Shown: positions 19,051 to 29,904, counted from the first letter of the stretch. The stretch: DNA of 64,000 nucleotides from Flavobacteriales bacterium (GCA_040377305.1 JBEIPA010000022.1:17503-81502), one strand, 5' to 3'. A program made the numbers and translations. Notes: generated from the sequence alone by a model not told the origin.

Positions 19051-20970
19051 TTACTGTACCACAACACGTGTAGTTGCAGTTGATTCACCAGTTGTAACAG
19101 TGATCAGATAAACACCAGCTTCGAGGTTGTATGTGCTCATTTGGATGTTGTTTGAACCTGAGTTCATGGTGTATTGCTGTGATGAAACTGTTTCACCAAG
19201 CATGTTCACCAGGTTAACAGTTACTTTCTCGCTGTTATTAAGTGTGATATTTACATTCAACACATCAGTCGCCGGGTTCGGATATGCTCCGATTGATCCG
19301 AATGATGCTGCAGCTTCTTTCACGCCAACAGGCAATGTAAATTCTGATTCATCAAAATCAACATCACTGATGTAGTAGTGATCGAATGGAGTAGTGGTGT
19401 TGTGCGAATTGTCGCGATCCACTGAGTTAGTTGATGGAACACTATATGTGCTGCCACTAATCAATGCAAGATTGGAGTTGTAGTGCCAGTATGCATCATC
19501 GGAGAATGTGAACTGTTTCTTCGCTGTCTTCATCATAGTAGTCCAGTCAACACCCACACCATACATGTTCGGGTATGCGTTCTCTCCACCTGCAATTGCA
19601 GGATCAGTATCAACCCACATGTAGAAGATATGATCGCGGCCTGGGCTTACAGAAGCCTGCAAACGCGCATCCAGATCATAAGCAGCAGAACCATCAGAGA
19701 ATGGCGACTGTGTAGTTGTTGCACTAGTGAGCAAGGAATCAATCAGGACAGCGTCCCAGGTGTTTGCTCCTGTTGTGTAAACATCATAGATGTAATGTGT
19801 AGTAACACCGTTCGGAACCGCGAAGAAGCTCAGTGAATCGTTGTTATCAGAGAAACCGCTTTCAATCGTGCAGATGATGTGAAGCTGGTTATTGTGATCT
19901 ACAACAATATCCGAACCATTGCTCTGAGAGAACCATGGCTTAACGTCGCCATTCGAATTATAGGCGAATAGGTGGTCGTTGATTACCGGAATTGAAGTGA
20001 AGTCGAATGGAGCCCAGGCTGCTGACCAGTTGTCGCCACCATCTGTTGTGCTGTAAACAATAGGGTTGAAGCTGCGTGTTGGAATTGTAGAAGCAGCTGC
20101 TTGTACTCCGAAGAATACACAGTAACCATTCTGCCCGTTTGCGGAGAAGGAGAGGTGCGTGTTCTGGTAAGCGTCGGTTGCGCCTGCACCATCTGTGTGG
20201 AATGTAGGCTTAATCGAATCCATAGTCCACGTAACCTGAGTTCCATCCCAGCTTCCTTTGTTTAAAGAAGCACCACGGTAGGCACTGCCTGCAACGTCAT
20301 CGTCGGCGAGAAGTGCACCTGTTACCCATACTGTGCTGTCGTTGTATGAAGCCATGTCAATACGTGGGAATGAGTTCAGACTTGCTGATGCAACGCCCGT
20401 ACCTGTGTTTCCGAAATTCGCTGCAATCGGAGCAGCCTGAAGGTAATAACCACCCCAGCCAGATCCAGGAGTATATGGACCTGCAATTGCCCACCATGCA
20501 TTTGAAATGTTGGTGTTTCCAACTCCGTTAAGAATCGCTCCGGAAGGGTAACGGAACAATTGAACTCCATCGTTGTCGAAGTACATAGAATCCCATGAAA
20601 CTCCATCATTCGATGTCCATGTGCCCTGGATGTAACCGTTATTAACGCCGGCTGGAGACCAGTCTGTTGAAATACGGTGCGTGAACAGTGCAATTCCAAG
20701 AGCCTGATTCGACGTCATACAATTCGACTGCGATACAAGCAACGTTAAAGCATTGCGTGAACTCGAAAAGTGAGTTCCTGTCATTTGTGCAGATGGGTTC
20801 TGGCTATTACGCTGTGTGTGCGCATCAGCGTAGAAACTGCTTTGTGCAGGATCTTCAGAACGACTGCCATCAAGTTTTAAATCGGGTTTGAGCGGCGTCA
20901 GCTGGGGCGACTGTGCGAATGCCACAAATGCTGAAGTGATGCCGATTGTTAAGAGTAATCCTTTTTTCAT
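19051..20970 (-). CDS. T9SS type A CTD secreted protein (twin 1)
   Basis: Signal peptide, YSTTDGGDNW BNR-like motif, AYPNPATD...AGVYLI CTD; paralog of 21056-22975. Confidence 0.85.
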   Translation of the reverse strand: MKKGLLLTIGITSAFVAFAQSPQLTPLKPDLKLDGSRSEDPAQSSFYADAHTQRNSQNPSAQMTGTHFSSSRNALTLLVSQSNCMTSNQALGIALFTHRISTDWSPAGVNNGYIQGTWTSNDGVSWDSMYFDNDGVQLFRYPSGAILNGVGNTNISNAWWAIAGPYTPGSGWGGYYLQAAPIAANFGNTGTGVASASLNSFPRIDMASYNDSTVWVTGALLADDDVAGSAYRGASLNKGSWDGTQVTWTMDSIKPTFHTDGAGATDAYQNTHLSFSANGQNGYCVFFGVQAAASTIPTRSFNPIVYSTTDGGDNWSAAWAPFDFTSIPVINDHLFAYNSNGDVKPWFSQSNGSDIVVDHNNQLHIICTIESGFSDNNDSLSFFAVPNGVTTHYIYDVYTTGANTWDAVLIDSLLTSATTTQSPFSDGSAAYDLDARLQASVSPGRDHIFYMWVDTDPAIAGGENAYPNMYGVGVDWTTMMKTAKKQFTFSDDAYWHYNSNLALISGSTYSVPSTNSVDRDNSHNTTTPFDHYYISDVDFDESEFTLPVGVKEAAASFGSIGAYPNPATDVLNVNITLNNSEKVTVNLVNMLGETVSSQQYTMNSGSNNIQMSTYNLEAGVYLITVTTGESTATTRVVVQ

Positions 20971-20999
20971 GTCGTTTTCGTTGATGAGACTCTAAGTTA

Positions 21000-21036
21000 A
21001 AAAGAAACCCCGACAATCCGTAGATGTCGGGGTTCT
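21000..21036 (-). terminator. Intrinsic terminator between the twin genes
   Basis: AACCCCGACA-loop-TGTCGGGGTT with an A-rich flank. Confidence 0.7.
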
Positions 21037-21055
21037 GTATTGTTAACAGGAACGA

Positions 21056-22975
21056 TTACTGAACTACAACGCGTGTAGTAGCAGTAGAAGTACCAGTTGA
21101 TACTGTGATCAGGTAAACACCCGCTTCCAGGTTGTACGTGCTCATTGAAAGGTTGTTAACACCTGCATTGAGGCTGTGCTGCTGTGAAGAAACTGTTTCT
21201 CCAAGAACGTTTGTCATCGCAACAGTTACTTTTTCGTTGTTGTTCAAAGTAACGTTGAGGTTCAACACGTCAGTAGCAGGGTTTGGATAAGCCGCAACTG
21301 TTCCGAAAGAAGCTACTGCCTCACCGATTCCGATAGCGAGCGTGAACTCAGACTCATCGAAAGTTACGTTATCAAGGTAGTAGTGATCGAACGTAGTAAG
21401 TGTGTTGTGTGAGTTGTCGCGATCTGTAGAGTTAGATGAAGGCACTTTGTAAGTGCTTCCGCTCACAAGCGCAAGGTTTGAGTTGTAGTGCCAGTATGCA
21501 TCATCAGAGAATGTAAACTGTTTAGTAGCAGTCTTCGTCTGAGCTGTCCAGTCGATACCAACACCAAAAAGGTTAGGGTATGCGTTTTCTCCACCAGCGA
21601 TTGCAGGATCTGTATCAGCCCAGAGGTAGAAAATGTGGTCACGGCTAGGGCTAACAGAAGCCTGAATACGTGCATCAAGGTCATAAGCAGCAGAACCGTC
21701 AGAGAAAGGAGACTGGGTTGTTGTTGCGCTTGTCTTCAAAGAATCAATAAGCGTTCCAGACCATGAGTTAGTTGCTTGTGCAGTTGTGTGTACATCCCAG
21801 ATGTAGTGAACGTTGTCGTTACGTGTCCAGGTGTATCCGAGTGAATCATCATCATCAGAAGAACCCCACTCAACTGTGCAGATGATGTGAAGGTTACCGT
21901 TGTTGTCAACTACCATGTCAGAACCATTGCTCATAGAGAACCAAGGCTTAACAGAACCGCCAACAGCAGCAATTGCAATTGGAGCTGAAGCAAATACTGT
22001 AGAGTAATCGTAAGGAGCCCAAACTGAAGACCAGGTTGTACCACCGTCAGTTGTTGAGTAAACGATAGGCTGGAAACCGCGAGTCTCAGGAGTTGTAGCT
22101 GAAGCCTGAACACCGAAGAACACTGCGTAACCAACTTGTCCGTTTGCAGAGAATGCAAGGTGAGTCATTGTATAGCAATCAGTTGCACCTGCACCATCAA
22201 GGTGGAAGCTAGGCTTGATCGAATCCCATGTCCATGAAACACTTGTTCCGTTCCATTTTCCACGGTTAAGAACAGTACCACGGTATGCGCTTCCGCCAAC
22301 ATCATCATCAGCAAGAAGTTCGCCTGTTACCCATACTGTAGAATCGCTATAAGAAGCCATATCGATACGTGGGAACGAGTTAACGTTGTTAGAATAAGTT
22401 CCGGTTCCTGTGTTACCAACGTTCGGTGCGAACATTGCGTCATTCAGGAAATAACCATCCCAGGTAGATCCGCTCGTGTAAGGACCACCAACAACCATCG
22501 CAGCATTAGCAACGTTTGTGTTGCCAGTACCGTTCAGAATTGCACCAGAAGGGTAACGGAAAAGTTCTGCTCCGTTGTTATCCCAGTACATTGAATCCCA
22601 CTGCGTGCCATTCCACCAGCTAACTTCAATATATCCGCTGTTTACACCAGCAACTGACCAATCAGCTGACATACGGTGTGTGAAAGCTGCAATTCCCAAT
22701 GCCTGGTTCGCAGTCATACAGTTCGACTGAGAAACAAGAAGCGTAAGCGCATTGTATGAGCTAGAGAACATCTGACCAGAGATCTGTGTAGTTGGACCTC
22801 CACCGTTACGCTGATTAGAAGCTTCTGCGTAGAAGTTTACTTCTTGTTCTGTGTCAATTTGAGATTTGCTCGTAAGCGTCAGGTCGGGCTTCTGCACACC
22901 ATTTGCTTTCGGTGCCTGAGCGACCATAGCAAACGAAGCGGAGACTCCGATCACAAACAGTAATCCTTTTTTCAT
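21056..22975 (-). CDS. T9SS type A CTD secreted protein (twin 2)
   Basis: Same architecture and same length (639 aa) as 19051-20970. Confidence 0.85.
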   Translation of the reverse strand: MKKGLLFVIGVSASFAMVAQAPKANGVQKPDLTLTSKSQIDTEQEVNFYAEASNQRNGGGPTTQISGQMFSSSYNALTLLVSQSNCMTANQALGIAAFTHRMSADWSVAGVNSGYIEVSWWNGTQWDSMYWDNNGAELFRYPSGAILNGTGNTNVANAAMVVGGPYTSGSTWDGYFLNDAMFAPNVGNTGTGTYSNNVNSFPRIDMASYSDSTVWVTGELLADDDVGGSAYRGTVLNRGKWNGTSVSWTWDSIKPSFHLDGAGATDCYTMTHLAFSANGQVGYAVFFGVQASATTPETRGFQPIVYSTTDGGTTWSSVWAPYDYSTVFASAPIAIAAVGGSVKPWFSMSNGSDMVVDNNGNLHIICTVEWGSSDDDDSLGYTWTRNDNVHYIWDVHTTAQATNSWSGTLIDSLKTSATTTQSPFSDGSAAYDLDARIQASVSPSRDHIFYLWADTDPAIAGGENAYPNLFGVGIDWTAQTKTATKQFTFSDDAYWHYNSNLALVSGSTYKVPSSNSTDRDNSHNTLTTFDHYYLDNVTFDESEFTLAIGIGEAVASFGTVAAYPNPATDVLNLNVTLNNNEKVTVAMTNVLGETVSSQQHSLNAGVNNLSMSTYNLEAGVYLITVSTGTSTATTRVVVQ

Positions 22976-23398
22976 TGTGTGTTGTTTTAACAGGTTAGGA
23001 ATTCAATTTTAAGTGTCCAAAGCTAATCATTGTATCCATTCCTACAACCAATCAACCGCTCAAATTACTAACCCTCCTTTCATTGGGAAATTGTCATAAA
23101 ACAGTCAGAATATATCATTCAACATGTCCACCAAAACTGTTGAACGAAAACTGACAGTTCTTAGCCGATATCTGGAACACAATTGGTCCGGAATTTACAT
23201 GACCTACCACCTAAAATCCTGTATTTCAGGCCAAAAAACATCATAAGAAAAACTTCATAATTCTGACAGGGTAAATTGCCTTTTGAGCTATCTTTGTGTC
23301 CCTTTCAAAAGAAAGAGTCTGGCCGGTTACAGACTTTGTCTAACAATCAGGATAAACCGGGATTCTGAACAGTCTGCTTCGGCGGACCAAAAAAACAA

Positions 23399-25210
23399 AT
23401 GGAAGAACACACAACCGCACTTGCGGATTTCGATTGGAATGCAATCGGAAAAAAACAAGATCTCTATTCAAAGGAAGAAGTTGAACAACTCGAGAAGTTG
23501 TACGGCGGAACTTTGAAGTCGATCACAGATCATGAAGTTATTGAAGGAATTGTAGTTGCGCGCAACTCGAAAGAGGTTGTAATCAACATCAATTTCAAGT
23601 CAGATGGTGTAGTTCCTCTGTCAGAATTCCGCTACAATCCTGATCTGAAAATCGGTGATAAAGTGGAAGTTTATGTAGAAAGTCAGGAAGACAAAAATGG
23701 TCAGCTGATCCTTTCTCATAAAAAGGCACGCGCTATGAAATCATGGGAGCGTGTTAACAATGCTCTCAACGGTGACGAGATTATTAAAGGTTACGTGAAG
23801 TGTCGCACAAAAGGTGGACTTATCGTTGACGTATTTGGAATCGAAGCATTCTTGCCAGGTTCACAGATCGACGTTAAGCCTATCCGCGATTACGATATTT
23901 ATGTAGGGAAAACAATGGAATTCAAAGTTGTGAAAATCAACAACGAATTCAAGAACGTTGTTGTATCTCACAAAGCGCTTATCGAGGAAGAACTCGAAGC
24001 ACAGAAGAAGGAAATTATCTCCAAGCTTGAAAAAGGACAAGTCCTCGAAGGAACAGTTAAGAACATTACTTCTTACGGTGTATTCGTTGATCTTGGCGGT
24101 GTTGATGGTCTTATCCACATCACTGACCTTAGCTGGGGACGTATTTCTCACCCGGAGGAAATCGTTAAGCTTGATCAGAAAATCAACGTTGTTATTCTTG
24201 ACTTCGATGATCAGAAGAAACGTATTGCTCTCGGCCTGAAACAACTTACATCTCACCCTTGGGAAGGCTTGTCAGCTGACCTGAAGGTTACTGATAAAGT
24301 AAAAGGACGTGTTGTTGTAATTGCAGATTACGGCGCATTCGTAGAAATCCAGCCTGGAGTAGAAGGTCTGATCCACGTTTCAGAAATGTCGTGGTCACAG
24401 CACTTGCGTTCGGCTCAGGACTTCCTGAAAGTAGGCGACGAGGTTGAAGCAGTTGTATTGACACTTGATCGCGAAGAGCGCAAGATGTCACTCGGCATCA
24501 AGCAAAACTCTCCTGATCCTTGGCAGGGCATCCTTGAGAAGTATCCGAAAGGATCACGTCACAATGCGAAGGTTCGCAACTTCACCAACTTCGGAATCTT
24601 TGTTGAACTCGAAGAAGGTATCGACGGACTCATTCACATTTCTGATTTGAGCTGGTCGAAGAAAATCAAGCATCCTTCAGAATTCACGAAGATCGGTGAG
24701 AGCATCGACGTAGTGGTTCTTGATGTTGACGTTGAAAACCGTCGCCTCAGCCTCGGTCACAAACAACTTGAAGAAAACCCTTGGGATGTGTTTGAAACTG
24801 TATTCACAGTAGGATCAGTTCATCAGGGCACAATCACAAGCCTGAACGATAAAGGTGCAGTAGTTCAGCTTCCTTACGGAGTTGAAGCGTTCTGCCCAAC
24901 GAAGCATTTGATGAAAGTTGAAGGCGGCAACGCGAAAGTTGAAGAAGTAATCGACTTCAAAGTGCTTGAGTTCAATAAAGATTCGAAGAAGATCATCGTA
25001 TCGCACCGTAATACTGACGAAACTATCGCAATCGCTGATACAGACAGCGGACGTGGTGGTAAGAAAGAAGGCGGAAACAAAGGCGGTGCTTCTGAGGAAA
25101 CGAAGAAAGCAGTTAAGAAAGTGAAAGACAGCCAGGAGAAAACAACTCTTGGAGATGTGTCTGCACTTGCTGACCTGAAATCAGCTCTTGAGGACAAAGA
25201 GAAGAAGTAA
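23399..25210 (+). CDS. rpsA: 30S ribosomal protein S1
   Basis: Six S1 domains (AFLPGSQID, DGLIHITDLSW, EGLIHVSEMSW...), C-terminal TTLGD. Confidence 0.97.
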   Translation: MEEHTTALADFDWNAIGKKQDLYSKEEVEQLEKLYGGTLKSITDHEVIEGIVVARNSKEVVININFKSDGVVPLSEFRYNPDLKIGDKVEVYVESQEDKNGQLILSHKKARAMKSWERVNNALNGDEIIKGYVKCRTKGGLIVDVFGIEAFLPGSQIDVKPIRDYDIYVGKTMEFKVVKINNEFKNVVVSHKALIEEELEAQKKEIISKLEKGQVLEGTVKNITSYGVFVDLGGVDGLIHITDLSWGRISHPEEIVKLDQKINVVILDFDDQKKRIALGLKQLTSHPWEGLSADLKVTDKVKGRVVVIADYGAFVEIQPGVEGLIHVSEMSWSQHLRSAQDFLKVGDEVEAVVLTLDREERKMSLGIKQNSPDPWQGILEKYPKGSRHNAKVRNFTNFGIFVELEEGIDGLIHISDLSWSKKIKHPSEFTKIGESIDVVVLDVDVENRRLSLGHKQLEENPWDVFETVFTVGSVHQGTITSLNDKGAVVQLPYGVEAFCPTKHLMKVEGGNAKVEEVIDFKVLEFNKDSKKIIVSHRNTDETIAIADTDSGRGGKKEGGNKGGASEETKKAVKKVKDSQEKTTLGDVSALADLKSALEDKEKK

Positions 25211-25282
25211 TTGAAAGAATAACCGGGGCCGGTGCCTCCTGTTCCCGGTTCGCTAAAAACTACGCCATGGTTTTTAGTTTTG

Positions 25283-25319
25283 AAAATCCCTCCGCAATAC
25301 CAGCGGGGGGATTTTTTTG
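25283..25319 (+). terminator. rpsA terminator
   Basis: AAAATCCCTCCGC...GCGGGGGGATTTTTTT. Confidence 0.75.
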
Positions 25320-25329
25320 TGCCCTCAGT

Positions 25330-25444
25330 TCAACGGTCCAAGGGTTAAGCCCTTGGAGGGTATGTCCCAAATCAACCCTGCAAGCGTTTAACTCCTGCAG
25401 GGTGTCATCAACTCAACAGTCCAAGGGTTAAGCCCTTGGAGGGT
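25330..25444. repeat. REP cluster (BIME-like)
   Basis: TCCAAGGGTTAAGCCCTTGGA at 25337-25357 and 25420-25440 flank an inverted copy of the 8960-9078 unit (25374-25405). Confidence 0.85.
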
Positions 25445-25672
25445 TACGCGCGCGCACGTAATAACAACTATTTATTCAACCTCGACAACCGGTATTTAAT
25501 TCAGGGTATCCGGATGCGTTGAAAAAAAAGATGACCTACGGTCATATCGTTAATAGTGACCTAAAATATTTACAAAAGACTTGCAGGTTTGAGAAATATT
25601 TTAATTTCGTATTAAACAACTATATATTTTGATTAAAGTTTAACTGTATTCACATCTATCAAGGAAAGATTT

Positions 25673-26080
25673 ATGGCTAAGTATTGCATTGATTGCGGAG
25701 AATCGCTCAACGGAAGAGCAGACAAGAAGTTCTGTTCAGACATCTGCAGAAACGCGTTCAACAATAAGTTGAATAGTAACACGAACAATTACGTTCGCAA
25801 CATTAACAACGTGCTCAGGAAGAATCGTCGTATTCTCAGTGAGATTTTGCTCGAAGACAAGATCACATTACATGCGGACAAACTTCTTGAAAAGGGCTTT
25901 CATTTCGGGTACTGTACACACATCTACACGACGCGTAAAGGCGATCTGTACAAGTTCATCTACGAGTATGGATACATTCAGCACAAGACAAACTTCGTAA
26001 CGGTTGTGATGCGTCGCCCAGCAGGAGACAAAATCAGTGATAAACTGATGATGGATCCGCAGATGAACAATCTCAATTGA
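25673..26080 (+). CDS. Zn-ribbon domain protein (DUF2116-like)
   Basis: CIDC...GRADKKFCSDICR, NINNVLRKNRRIL, YEYGY. Confidence 0.8.
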   Translation: MAKYCIDCGESLNGRADKKFCSDICRNAFNNKLNSNTNNYVRNINNVLRKNRRILSEILLEDKITLHADKLLEKGFHFGYCTHIYTTRKGDLYKFIYEYGYIQHKTNFVTVVMRRPAGDKISDKLMMDPQMNNLN

Positions 26081-26329
26081 TAATCGGACTATAGAAAGAT
26101 AGAATGGGGGCATAGTCTCCCATTTTGTTTTTCACTCCAACCGATCCTTTCATCATCAACCGGTTTTTTTTGTCAGAGTAATGTAACCAGGTTTTGGTTG
26201 GTAGGAAAACCACCACACTTAATCGACCAATACTGTCAATTAACTCTTCACAGTTGATAATTCCGAACCTTCTTGGTAATATTAACGTAACGCTAGTCGT
26301 TTCTTAGTTGAGGAATTAAGCTGATTGTT

Positions 26330-27304
26330 ATGATGAAGAAAGGAATTGTTGCTCTCGCAACTGTAGTTGGATTTGCCTGCGCCTCGCTGAATGCACAGGA
26401 ACCCGTGTTTCACGAATTGTGTCTGCGTCCTTTGCAAGGCGATACCACCATGTGTTATGTGGTGAAGACCAACCAGATTTACGAAGAAGGAATGGACACC
26501 ATGCCCCAGATCATTTTCTGGCGGAAAGTAATGACCATGACTCCGGATTCGGGCGTATTGTCTATGTACGGCAAGCGCACGATTTACGGCACTATGTCTG
26601 TCGCGAACTGGGATAAACTCGGAGAAACGAAGCAAAACGCTTTACGCGATAGTATCCGCAAGGAATACGCTTTGGATTCAACAACCCGCATTCTGTTCAC
26701 CGCAGGCAAGAACGATTTCTATAATGCCAGCGGAGTAATCACCGACATCAACAAGGCTGTACCCATTTTCGTGCAGCAAGGTGTTGACCCGTTTTATGCC
26801 CAGGCAATCCTGTTAATTGAGAGCCCGGGTAAGGTGAGAAAGTCGTATGCCGGTGCCATGGGATCGTTTCAACTAATGCCTTCAGTGGCGCGTAGTATGG
26901 GGCTGACAGTCAATAAGAAAGTGGATGAACGAAAGGACTTCGATAAGTCGGCATTCGCTGCTTCGAAACTCATACGCACGATCTGTATTCCGCAGCTCAA
27001 TGCCATGCTTGCTAAGCGCGGGATTGCCTGCGATTCCACCTCGTTGTGGTACCGCTGCATGGTGTTACATATCTACCACGCCGGTGCCGGAAACGTAGAC
27101 GCAGCATTGAATGTGATCAATCCGACGAGTGGTGGAATGTGGCTTGTTCAGGAATTGTGGACGACCAAAGCCGCTTCTTTCGGGAACGCATCTCAGAACT
27201 ATTCACAGCTTGCACTCGCACAAATGCTGGAAATGGATGCCGTTCTGGGCAAGGAAATAGAAACTCAGGAACCAACCGACGATCCACCAACAGTGGACAA
27301 GTAA
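26330..27304 (+). CDS. Transglycosylase SLT-domain protein
   Basis: Signal peptide; AILLIES...AGAMGSFQLMPSVA...YHAGAGNV. Confidence 0.85.
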   Translation: MMKKGIVALATVVGFACASLNAQEPVFHELCLRPLQGDTTMCYVVKTNQIYEEGMDTMPQIIFWRKVMTMTPDSGVLSMYGKRTIYGTMSVANWDKLGETKQNALRDSIRKEYALDSTTRILFTAGKNDFYNASGVITDINKAVPIFVQQGVDPFYAQAILLIESPGKVRKSYAGAMGSFQLMPSVARSMGLTVNKKVDERKDFDKSAFAASKLIRTICIPQLNAMLAKRGIACDSTSLWYRCMVLHIYHAGAGNVDAALNVINPTSGGMWLVQELWTTKAASFGNASQNYSQLALAQMLEMDAVLGKEIETQEPTDDPPTVDK

Positions 27305-27396
27305 GAAAGTTGATAAATAGCCCTCCCCAAAAGAGGGCTATTCTATTTCATAACGTTCTGTATACCGTATCTTTACGTTATACAAATCTGCCCACC

Positions 27397-29901
27397 ATGA
27401 GTTATCTCTACCAGAAACGCTCATCTCTTTTTCTAACCCTCTTGCTCGCATTGTTCTTTGTTCCGGCGACCTCGCAGATCATGATCAACGAATATTCCTG
27501 CGCGAACATCAGTCAAACTGCCGATAATTACGGACAGTTTAACGATTGGGTCGAGCTCTATAATGCAGGTGGTACCGCAGTCAACATTGGCGGCTACTAC
27601 ATGAGCGACAATGTGAACAATCCCGACAAGTGGGCTTTCCCTGCAGGAACTACGATTGCTGCTGGAGGATACATCCGCGTAATTTGCTCCGGACTAAACG
27701 TAGTGAGTGGAATCTGGTATCATACGGGTTACAAAATGACGCAGTGTAAACCGGAAGAAGTTTGTTTTTCAGATGCAGCCGGAAACATTCTCGATTCCAT
27801 GACACTTCGTCGTAACCAGTCCAATCACTCCTGGGGCAGAACAACTGACGGTGGACCAACGTGGAGCGTATTTATGACTCCTACACTTGGAGCATCAAAC
27901 GCAACGTCGACAGCTTACAGTCCTTACGCAACTACGCCAGCATTTTCTGTGTCACCGGGATTTTATCCGGGATCTCAAAACGTTTCTATTACGTCTCCCG
28001 ATCCGAACATCACGATACACTACACCACAAACGGATTCGAACCCACAACAGGCGACCCGGTTTATTCCAGCGCCATTTCAGTTACCACAACGCAGGTAAT
28101 TCGTGCACGCGCATTCAGCAGCACAGCAACCATTCCGGCATCGTTCATTGAAAACAACACGTACTTCATTGGAAATACTCACGTTGTTGCAACGCTTTCC
28201 ATTTACGGAGATAATCTCATGACGCTCATGAATGGTTCGTGGAATGCAGAACCAACAACCGGCTTAGAATACTTCGATAAAGGTGGAGTGTTCCGCACGG
28301 AAGTTACCGGTACAACAAATAAACACGGGAATGACTCCTGGGCGTATGATCAGCGCGGTATTGACTTCGTTTCAGAAGATGAAATGGGATATAACGACGC
28401 GCTCGATTGGCCATTGTTTCACCGTAAGGATCGTCCGAGCTTCCAGAAGATAATGATCAAAGCAGCGGCGAACGACAATTATCCATTTGAAAACGGAGCA
28501 CATATCCGCGATGCGTATGTACACGACATTTCTCAGGAAGCACACCTTGCACTGGATGAACGTTCATTCGAATCGTGCGTGCTTTACGTGAATGGTGCAT
28601 ACTGGGGCGTGTATGAAATCCGCGAGAAGGTTGACGATCATGATTTCACGGATTACTATTATGATCAGGATGCGGCTCATTTGCAGTTCCTGAAAACGTG
28701 GGGCGGAACATGGTCGGAGTATGGCGGAACACAAGCACAAACCGACTGGAACGCATTCGTCACGTTTGTTACTACGAACAACATGGCAACTGCGGCCAAC
28801 TGGGCGTATGTCGACAGCGTTTACAACTGGCATAGTCTTGTCGATTATATGATATTGAATTCCATTTGTGTTACATCCGACTGGCTGAACTGGAACACGG
28901 CCTGGTGGCGCGGCATGGATACGCTCGGCGACAAAAAGAAATGGCGTTACGCGTTGTGGGATAATGATGCAACTTTTGGTCACTACATCAACTACACCGG
29001 AATTCCTGATACGGGTCCGAATGCAGATCCATGTAATCCGGAATCACTTCCGGATCCGGGTGGACAGGGGCACGTTCCGATTGTTAACGCACTGCTCAAC
29101 AATCCGATTTTCGAACAGTACTACATCAATCGTTTCGTCGATCTGATGAATACTTCGTTCAGTTGCGATTCGTTGTTGCAGGATCTCGATACGTGTATTG
29201 CACACATTGCTCCGGAAATGCCGGCACAAATTGCGAAGTGGGGCGGAACTATGCCAGCCTGGCAAGCGAACGTTACCACGCTGCGTACCTACATTTCTAC
29301 GCGTTGTGTAGCCCTTACACAAGGCATGATCGATTGCTACAACTTAACAGGTCCATATCCGATTGTTGTTGATGTTGTACCTGCAGGAGCCGGAACTGTT
29401 ACTCTGAATTCATTGTATCTCGATCAGTTTCCGTGGACAGGAAATTACTTCGGCGGTATTCCGATCATACTTACAACAGAACCAACATCTTCGCAGTATA
29501 CATTTGACCATTGGGAAATTCTGGATGTGCCAACCCCAAGTACTACATCCGATAGTATTCAGGTGAACCTTACACAAGCTCAAACCATCGTCGCACATTA
29601 CACAGAAGGTCCTCCCGTTGTGTTAGGGAATGTATTTATTCCAACGGCATTCTCTCCGAACGGAGATCAGAACAACGATATGTTCTTCCTGCACGGATTG
29701 GAGCCGCAACAAACATTCACCTTCCGCGTGTTCAACCGTTGGGGACAAGTTGTTTTTGAAACATCAACTATGGCAAACGGATGGGATGGAAGTACAAACG
29801 GAAAACCGAATCCGAGTGATGTTTACGCTTACACGATTGAAGTGAGTAATCCGGATGGCTCAACGGAGTCAAAGTCCGGAAACATCACATTAATGCGCTA
29901 G
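27397..29901 (+). CDS. CotH-kinase family protein with lamin-tail domain and T9SS type B CTD
   Basis: INEYSC...DWVELYN (LTD), IHYTTNG (Fn3-associated), LYVNGAYWGVYEIRE and WRYALWDND (CotH), IPTAFSPNGDQNND...FNRWG (type B CTD). Start moved to ATG 27397. Confidence 0.88.
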   Translation: MSYLYQKRSSLFLTLLLALFFVPATSQIMINEYSCANISQTADNYGQFNDWVELYNAGGTAVNIGGYYMSDNVNNPDKWAFPAGTTIAAGGYIRVICSGLNVVSGIWYHTGYKMTQCKPEEVCFSDAAGNILDSMTLRRNQSNHSWGRTTDGGPTWSVFMTPTLGASNATSTAYSPYATTPAFSVSPGFYPGSQNVSITSPDPNITIHYTTNGFEPTTGDPVYSSAISVTTTQVIRARAFSSTATIPASFIENNTYFIGNTHVVATLSIYGDNLMTLMNGSWNAEPTTGLEYFDKGGVFRTEVTGTTNKHGNDSWAYDQRGIDFVSEDEMGYNDALDWPLFHRKDRPSFQKIMIKAAANDNYPFENGAHIRDAYVHDISQEAHLALDERSFESCVLYVNGAYWGVYEIREKVDDHDFTDYYYDQDAAHLQFLKTWGGTWSEYGGTQAQTDWNAFVTFVTTNNMATAANWAYVDSVYNWHSLVDYMILNSICVTSDWLNWNTAWWRGMDTLGDKKKWRYALWDNDATFGHYINYTGIPDTGPNADPCNPESLPDPGGQGHVPIVNALLNNPIFEQYYINRFVDLMNTSFSCDSLLQDLDTCIAHIAPEMPAQIAKWGGTMPAWQANVTTLRTYISTRCVALTQGMIDCYNLTGPYPIVVDVVPAGAGTVTLNSLYLDQFPWTGNYFGGIPIILTTEPTSSQYTFDHWEILDVPTPSTTSDSIQVNLTQAQTIVAHYTEGPPVVLGNVFIPTAFSPNGDQNNDMFFLHGLEPQQTFTFRVFNRWGQVVFETSTMANGWDGSTNGKPNPSDVYAYTIEVSNPDGSTESKSGNITLMR

Positions 29902-29904
29902 AAC

